A stretch of DNA of 64,000 nucleotides, taken from Candidatus Fimenecus sp. Lineage in GTDB: Bacteria > Bacillota > Clostridia > Oscillospirales > Acutalibacteraceae. Below, piece after piece: positions 57,083 through 64,000 of this stretch. The DNA is taken from assembly GCA_045531435.1 (NCBI GenBank), contig JAZSDZ010000146.1, positions 10,156 to 74,155 of the forward strand, in the 5' to 3' direction. The position numbers and the translations under genes are program-made. Position 1 is the stretch's first letter, and each line of letters starts with the position of its first letter. The notes below the pieces were generated by a model. That model was not told where the DNA came from. It made no database searches and saw only the letters and a list, made by a program, of their open reading frames with translations.

Positions 57083-58288
57083 TTATTCATCCTCTTTAAT
57101 GTAATTTTTGTTCCAGATTACTGCTGTTTTTAACGGTGCACCCTTGCAGTAAATTTTGTTTTCATAAGCATTGAGTGGGTCACTAATGAATTCTTCCTTA
57201 TCAATAAGCTCAACAACCTCATCATAACGAGAGTCAACAAGAACTTCAATTGCCTTTTCCATATGTGACTGACGGAAATTGATTGATGCGAAAATAAGAT
57301 GATTTTCAAAACCGAATGGCATTGTATCGTATGACACAACAGGACCTAATGAGAAACTGTTATAAACACCGTTACATCCAAGGACTTTATGCTGAAATGC
57401 AATTCTGTGCTCGATATTTGTGCCGCTTGTACCAACAAACATTGTTGCTCTGCCACCGATTTTTTCCATAATCTTTTCTGCAGTTTCTTCTTCAGTAAGA
57501 CATGCTGTACAAAGGTAATCAGCACCTGCAATTTCCTTTGAAAATACAACCTTTTTGCAGTTTTCATCACTTCTGCCAATAAAAAGAATCTGTGCATCAG
57601 GATGATTTCTCTTAATCTGGTCTGCAATGAAAAGTCCTGTCATACCAAGACCGAAGACAACTGTTTTTGAGAAAATATTGTCTTTAGCGAGTTTTCTTGC
57701 CTCTGCTTCAGAGCATTTGTGCTTTGCCATTTCTACTCGGAAATTCTGTGCCTCACCAAGGTCTTCCATTCTTTCAAGCTGGAAGATAGCACATGCATAT
57801 GGGTCAGCAAATGAGAGTTTTTTTGCTACCGACAAAGGTAATTTTTCTAAACAATCATATTCCTTTGGAAGATGAAGAAGCATATCGGGATTGAAATAGT
57901 TTTTGTCACAGAATAATCCGTCTGCTTTGTCACAACCATATTCAAAGTATGTTTCATCTTCTGTGTAACGCGTTGGGTCGTAACTGTCACCACCACGAAT
58001 AAGAACAATCGCAAATCTATTTTCAGAAGGCACCCAAACAACGCCCTCATGTCCGTTTATAAGACGATTTTCACCATCAGGGAATTTGTGAGAAAGGTTA
58101 TTCTCTCGTCCCATTTTCATAAGTTCGAAGTCAGTACCGCAGAAACCTTGAAAAACAGGAAAAGCCTCAATGCCCTTATATAAAGGCTCGCCACGAAGAC
58201 GCTGTCTTTTAGGATTTATTAAATTGATTTCACCATATTTAATTGGTAAATCTTTATCATTTTGAAAAAATGTACCATAGGTTTTCAT
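57083..58288 (-). CDS. atypical MDR-superfamily dehydrogenase resembling archaeal glucose/aldose 1-dehydrogenases
   Basis: FCGTDFEL and NGHEGVV (Cys/His/Glu Zn ligands), Rossmann VFGLGMTGL. First gene of the operon; start at ATG 58288. Confidence 0.6.
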   Translation of the reverse strand: MKTYGTFFQNDKDLPIKYGEINLINPKRQRLRGEPLYKGIEAFPVFQGFCGTDFELMKMGRENNLSHKFPDGENRLINGHEGVVWVPSENRFAIVLIRGGDSYDPTRYTEDETYFEYGCDKADGLFCDKNYFNPDMLLHLPKEYDCLEKLPLSVAKKLSFADPYACAIFQLERMEDLGEAQNFRVEMAKHKCSEAEARKLAKDNIFSKTVVFGLGMTGLFIADQIKRNHPDAQILFIGRSDENCKKVVFSKEIAGADYLCTACLTEEETAEKIMEKIGGRATMFVGTSGTNIEHRIAFQHKVLGCNGVYNSFSLGPVVSYDTMPFGFENHLIFASINFRQSHMEKAIEVLVDSRYDEVVELIDKEEFISDPLNAYENKIYCKGAPLKTAVIWNKNYIKEDE

Positions 58289-58377
58289 AATTACCCATCC
58301 TTTTTGCAAATATACACTTTTAATACATTATACTACACATATTATCAATTTGCACGAAATTTTTACTAAATATGTCA

Positions 58378-58409
58378 TAAAAAATTGGTGGAGTCGAAAC
58401 CCCACCAAT
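58378..58409 (-). terminator. terminator after dnaJ
   Basis: TTGGTGG/CCACCAA-based stem, then TTTTTTAT on the minus strand. Confidence 0.65.
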
Positions 58410-58423
58410 TAAAATATGTTTAA

Positions 58424-59575
58424 TTATTTCTTTTTCTTACCGAAGAAACCTTTTTTTTCTTCACCAAGGTTATCAGCTGCGCCAAATTCCATAGCAAGTT
58501 GCTTAATAAGTTCACTCTGTTTATCAGTAAGTTTCTTTGGAATATCGACGATAATTCGTACAAGCTGATCGCCTTTACCCATACCGCCACGGCTTTGAAT
58601 ACCACGACCACGAAGCTTGAACACATCACCTGGTTGTGTACCGGCAGGAACAGAATACTCTACTTTACCATCAAGTGTCGGCACCTGAATTTTGCATCCT
58701 AACGCAACCTGCATAAATGTAAGATGCACATCACACCATACATTATATCCGTCACGCTCGAAAATTGGATGTGGGCGTACATTAACAACAATATTAAGGT
58801 CACCTGCCGGACCACCATTAACACCTTTGTTACCTTGACCACGTACTGTCAAAATCTGACGATCATCAACACCTGCCGGAATATTGATGTCAAGTTTTGC
58901 ATTTTTACGAACTCGACCTGCACCATTACATTTCTTGCAAGGGTTATCAATAATTGTTCCTTTACCATTACAACGTGTACAAGGCTTTGCTGACTGGATA
59001 ACACCAAAAGGTGTTCTCTGCTGAACAGTTACCTGTCCTCTACCATTACATTCAGGACATGTTTTAGGTGAATGACCATTCTGACAACCATTACCATGGC
59101 ACTCGTCACAAGTTTCAATTCGCATTGTATCTATTGAACGAGCACAACCTTTTGCTGCCTCTTCAAAAGAAATTGTAATACTTGCCTGAGTATCACTACC
59201 ACGTTGTGGCGCGTTAGGATTTGCTCTGCCACCGCCACCAAATCCACCGAAACCATTGCCAAAGATTGAGCCGAAGATGTCACCAAGGTCGAAGTCCATT
59301 CCACCAAAGCCACCGCCGTATCCACCTTGTCCCGCACCATAGTTAGGGTCAACACCCGCGTGTCCAAATTGGTCATATCTTGCTTTTTTCTCGCTATCAG
59401 AAAGAATTTCATAAGCCTCGTTTGCCTCTTTAAATTTTTCTTCAGCTTCTTTATTATTAGGATTAAGGTCAGGGTGATATTTTTTTGCAGCCTTACGATA
59501 AGCTTTTTTTATCTCATCTTCGGACGCTGATTTATCAACACCAAGCACCTCATAATAATCTCTTTTTTCTGCCAT
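58424..59575 (-). CDS. dnaJ: molecular chaperone DnaJ
   Basis: J domain ([11 protein letters not shown]), Gly-rich linker, four CxxCxGxG zinc motifs. Start at ATG 59575. Confidence 0.95.
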   Translation of the reverse strand: MAEKRDYYEVLGVDKSASEDEIKKAYRKAAKKYHPDLNPNNKEAEEKFKEANEAYEILSDSEKKARYDQFGHAGVDPNYGAGQGGYGGGFGGMDFDLGDIFGSIFGNGFGGFGGGGRANPNAPQRGSDTQASITISFEEAAKGCARSIDTMRIETCDECHGNGCQNGHSPKTCPECNGRGQVTVQQRTPFGVIQSAKPCTRCNGKGTIIDNPCKKCNGAGRVRKNAKLDINIPAGVDDRQILTVRGQGNKGVNGGPAGDLNIVVNVRPHPIFERDGYNVWCDVHLTFMQVALGCKIQVPTLDGKVEYSVPAGTQPGDVFKLRGRGIQSRGGMGKGDQLVRIIVDIPKKLTDKQSELIKQLAMEFGAADNLGEEKKGFFGKKKK

Positions 59576-59640
59576 AAGTATCTCCAAATAATAGGGATTC
59601 ACGGACAGACTCATATGAGCCTGCCCGTTTATTCATAGAA

Positions 59641-61512
<1,872 letters not shown>

Positions 61513-61527
61513 TTATTTACTGATTTC

Positions 61528-62034
61528 TCAGTTTACTACCTTAACTATTGCCGGACGGATAATTCTGTCGCCCAATTTATAACCTGTTGAAAACACATCT
61601 GAAATACTGTTTTCAGGAAGATTCTCATCTTCATCATGCATTACTGCGTTATGAATATTAGGGTCAAATGTTTCACCTTTTTCACCAAATGATTCAACAC
61701 CAAGTTTTTTAAATGTTTCACCATATTGAATAAAAATCATTTCAATGCCTTTTTTGAATGAATTAAGGTCAGTTGCCTCAGCACTCATTGCTCTCATAAA
61801 GTTATCATACACCGGTAAAAATTCACCGATTGTACTTGCTTTTGTATCACCATAAGCCATTTCCCTCTCTTTTTGTGAACGCTTACGGAAATTATCATAC
61901 TCAGCCATAACTCTCAAAAGCTTATCCTTTGTTTCGTTAAGCTCAGCAGTCAATTTTTCTTCAGCTGTTGGCTCTGCTTTTTCAACTACCTCTTCAACCG
62001 TTTCTTCAGCAGTCTTTTTCTTATCTTTTGCCAT
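61528..62034 (-). CDS. grpE: nucleotide exchange factor GrpE
   Basis: AEYDNFRKR motif. Start at ATG 62034 (GGAGG RBS), 1 nt after the hrcA stop. Confidence 0.9.
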   Translation of the reverse strand: MAKDKKKTAEETVEEVVEKAEPTAEEKLTAELNETKDKLLRVMAEYDNFRKRSQKEREMAYGDTKASTIGEFLPVYDNFMRAMSAEATDLNSFKKGIEMIFIQYGETFKKLGVESFGEKGETFDPNIHNAVMHDEDENLPENSISDVFSTGYKLGDRIIRPAIVKVVN

Positions 62035-62035
62035 T

Positions 62036-63064
62036 TTAATCCTCCAATGTATCGGACATAATCTTGCCCACAATTTCTGTTAAATATTTAAGACTAGGAA
62101 TAAGTCTTGCATAATCAATTCGTGTCGGACCGATAAGTCCTAAAGCACCACTATCTTTACCACCAACTGCATAATGAGAGTAAATAAGACTTGAGTCCTG
62201 AAGCTCACGGTAAAAATTCTCTTTACCAATAAGAACATTGGTGTTATTTTCTGCCTTATGACCTGCAAAGAGATTTGTCAAAGGCTCACCACGTCTTAAA
62301 AACTCCATTAATTCATATGCATTAGGATAATCAGTATAATTAAGCAAATTCGACTGGCCCTGCAAAAGCAATTGTGTTTGCTCCGTAAGTTGTGCCAAAT
62401 CAGAAAGAGCAACAAGTAATGGTGAAATCGCAAGTGACTTACTTCCTAATGACAATGCAAGAGTCTGTATAAGTGCTATACTTACTTCACTTGCGGACTT
62501 TCCGATAAAATGCTTTGAAACAATATTGTAAAATGTTTCAATAAGTTCAAGATTCATTTCGCTATCAGTTCTACAGACACGACTTTTTAAAATTCCTGAA
62601 GATGAAAGCATAACCATCATAGCTGTATGAGTGCCAAGAGGAACTAATTCAACACGACGGATAACTGCATTTTCGTCAGTTGGTGTAGTAGAAATAACAG
62701 CACAATTTGTAATTTCTGCTAAAACCTGACCAGCTTGTTCAAGAATCTGTTGTGGTTCACCACCTGCATCAGAAAGACGGGCTTCAATAAGTCGTTTTTC
62801 ATTAACCGGCAATTCATACCTGTTCATAAGTTTATCAACATAGTAGCGATAACCAACTTGTGAAGGAATTCGACCTGCTGATGTATGAGGCTGTTCAATG
62901 AATCCTAATCTTGAAAGCTCAGCCATTTCATTACGAATAGTGGCAGATGACACAGGAATGCGTATATACTCAAGCAAGGTTTTAGAACCAACAGGTTCGC
63001 CCGTTGCAATATACCATTCAACAATGGCTGCAAGGATTTTTTCTTTTCTCTCGCTGAGCTGCAT
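62036..63064 (-). CDS. hrcA: heat-inducible transcription repressor HrcA
   Basis: LSERKEKILAAIVEWYIATGEPVGSK winged-helix N-terminus. Start at ATG 63064 (GAGGTG RBS). Confidence 0.9.
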   Translation of the reverse strand: MQLSERKEKILAAIVEWYIATGEPVGSKTLLEYIRIPVSSATIRNEMAELSRLGFIEQPHTSAGRIPSQVGYRYYVDKLMNRYELPVNEKRLIEARLSDAGGEPQQILEQAGQVLAEITNCAVISTTPTDENAVIRRVELVPLGTHTAMMVMLSSSGILKSRVCRTDSEMNLELIETFYNIVSKHFIGKSASEVSIALIQTLALSLGSKSLAISPLLVALSDLAQLTEQTQLLLQGQSNLLNYTDYPNAYELMEFLRRGEPLTNLFAGHKAENNTNVLIGKENFYRELQDSSLIYSHYAVGGKDSGALGLIGPTRIDYARLIPSLKYLTEIVGKIMSDTLED

Positions 63065-63086
63065 TTTGTCACCTCTTTTATTCGTT

Positions 63087-63113
63087 TTAGCACTCACATC
63101 ATTAGAGTGCTAA
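63087..63113. promoter_or_regulatory. CIRCE operator (HrcA binding site)
   Basis: Perfect TTAGCACTC-N9-GAGTGCTAA. Confidence 0.9.
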
Positions 63114-63124
63114 CTACATTAAAT

Positions 63125-63153
63125 AATATACATTCTTTTGTAAAAAATGTCAA
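63125..63153 (-). promoter_or_regulatory. sigma-A-type promoter of the hrcA-grpE-dnaK-dnaJ operon
   Basis: TTGACA - 17 nt - TATATT, immediately upstream of CIRCE. Confidence 0.65.
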
Positions 63154-63202
63154 GGGAATATTTGTAAATAATTTGTGAATAGGATGCCATATACAGAATT
63201 AT

Positions 63203-63231
63203 ATATAAAAATAGCGGGGTCAAGACCCCGC
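63203..63231 (-). terminator. terminator after yhaM
   Basis: GCGGGG/CCCCGC stem, 6-nt loop, then TATTTTTATAT on the minus strand. Confidence 0.6.
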
Positions 63232-63238
63232 CTTATCA

Positions 63239-64000
63239 TCAAAATAAATCAACTTTTAATGTTTCGTCGTTGTATTTATAAAATTTTCTATCTTCAAGTG
63301 CCCAAAGACGATTTGTAAACTCACCTTTTTCTACTCCATTTACTGCGTCCATAATTTCATATACACGGGCATCCATTAAGTCAAGCTGTGAAAGAAGTTC
63401 TGCTTCAAGAAATAATGGTCTTACAGCAGCACCGAATTCAGGCTCACCGTGGTGAGACAAAATCATATGTTGTAATAGCATTGATTTTTCACTGTCGATA
63501 TTAAGCTTTTGTCCAGCCTCTTTTACCATCATAGCGCCCATCACAAGGTGTCCTAAAAGATTCCCTTCAACCGTGTATCCCGATGCAATCCCTGTATCCT
63601 TAACATCAAATTCTACTGTTTTTGCAATATCGTGTAGAATTGCTCCTGAAAGCAATAATTCTCGATTTACAAACGGATAAACCTTACAAACGCTTTCGCA
63701 AAGTTTTACAATTGATGCTGTATGCATTAAAAGGCCACAACGAATTGCGTGATGAAGTCGGAATGCTGCAGGAAAATAAAGAATTTTATTCTTGTTCTCT
63801 TCTAAAAGATATGATACTACTTTTTTCAAATCTTCGTCATTAAAAGCATTAATGAGTGATAAAAGATGGTTATACATCTCATCCCCTGAATAATCAGCTG
63901 ATTTCACATAATCAGAAACATCAACATTATCACTTTCAATCACAGGACGAATTCTTTCAATTCTTAATTGGTCGTGTCCGTTATATTGTGATATTGTACC
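63239..64000 (-). CDS. yhaM: 3'-5' exoribonuclease YhaM family (HD domain), N-terminus beyond the right edge
   Basis: HD-domain motifs (HHAIRCGLLMHT, ILHDIAK, SHHG). The frame stays open upstream of the track's GTG start to position 64000 (..TISQYNGHDQLRIERIRPV.., OB-fold end). Confidence 0.75.
   Translation of the reverse strand, partial: GTISQYNGHDQLRIERIRPVIESDNVDVSDYVKSADYSGDEMYNHLLSLINAFNDEDLKKVVSYLLEENKNKILYFPAAFRLHHAIRCGLLMHTASIVKLCESVCKVYPFVNRELLLSGAILHDIAKTVEFDVKDTGIASGYTVEGNLLGHLVMGAMMVKEAGQKLNIDSEKSMLLQHMILSHHGEPEFGAAVRPLFLEAELLSQLDLMDARVYEIMDAVNGVEKGEFTNRLWALEDRKFYKYNDETLKVDLF

Overview
This 64-kb window is a low-GC chromosomal segment from a Firmicutes/Clostridia-type endospore former (spoIIID, pro-sigK, ytfJ/ytfI and a spoVM-like remnant are present). 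It is mostly core genome; no CRISPR array, prophage or recognisable defence island was found. All calls rest on motif recognition and hand translation; no searches were run.

Layout:
- 1-30.3 kb is one unbroken minus-strand run of housekeeping genes: thiN-rsgA-prkC-prpC-rlmN-rsmB-(Zn peptidase)-fmt-def-priA-rpoZ-gmk-remA-yicC, rluB, ytfJ/ytfI, scpAB, an M50 protease, prmC, DUF1385, a two-component system, a lipoprotein, cdaR-cdaA, a DUF3343/cysteine desulfurase pair, ispDF and an aminotransferase.
- 30.3-38.3 kb is more accessory-looking: a cytoplasmic Cys-type sulfatase divergent from manA plus an MFS transporter, an FMN riboswitch-ribU unit, a SAM-I riboswitch-metK unit, a DUF378 gene and a decayed IS3-family element.
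- 38.3-51 kb carries rqcH, nif3, trmK, a type-2 ileS, spoIIID, a nonsense-disrupted LMW phosphotyrosine phosphatase, an FAD oxidoreductase, ispE, a PHP phosphatase and the ACT/UPF0210 pair.
- 51-52.5 kb holds two tRNA-Ser genes and sigK.
- 52.5-58.3 kb is a five-gene sugar-acid operon.
- 58.4-64 kb is hrcA-grpE-dnaK-dnaJ with a perfect CIRCE operator, then a partial yhaM.

Observations most worth a second look:
1. The operon combines an aldose-dehydrogenase-like MDR enzyme, a Zn-ADH, UxaB, UxaA and a lactonase-type amidohydrolase, but has no UxaC. This enzyme set predicts an oxidative L-galactose-type route to KDG.
2. A roughly 180-bp tandem duplication abuts tRNA-Ser(GCU). Each unit carries a terminator hairpin, and the distal unit carries a 22-nt copy of the tRNA 3' end, like an att scar.
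3. Two copies of the perfect palindrome ACAATATATTGT, which resembles an NrdR box, sit on the cdaA (c-di-AMP synthase) promoter region.
4. Three independent gene disruptions are present: a +1 frameshift in the spoVM-like gene, an in-frame TAG in the LMW-PTP, and TAA plus TGA in IS3 orfB.
5. The IS3 element sits inside the loop of a bidirectional terminator.
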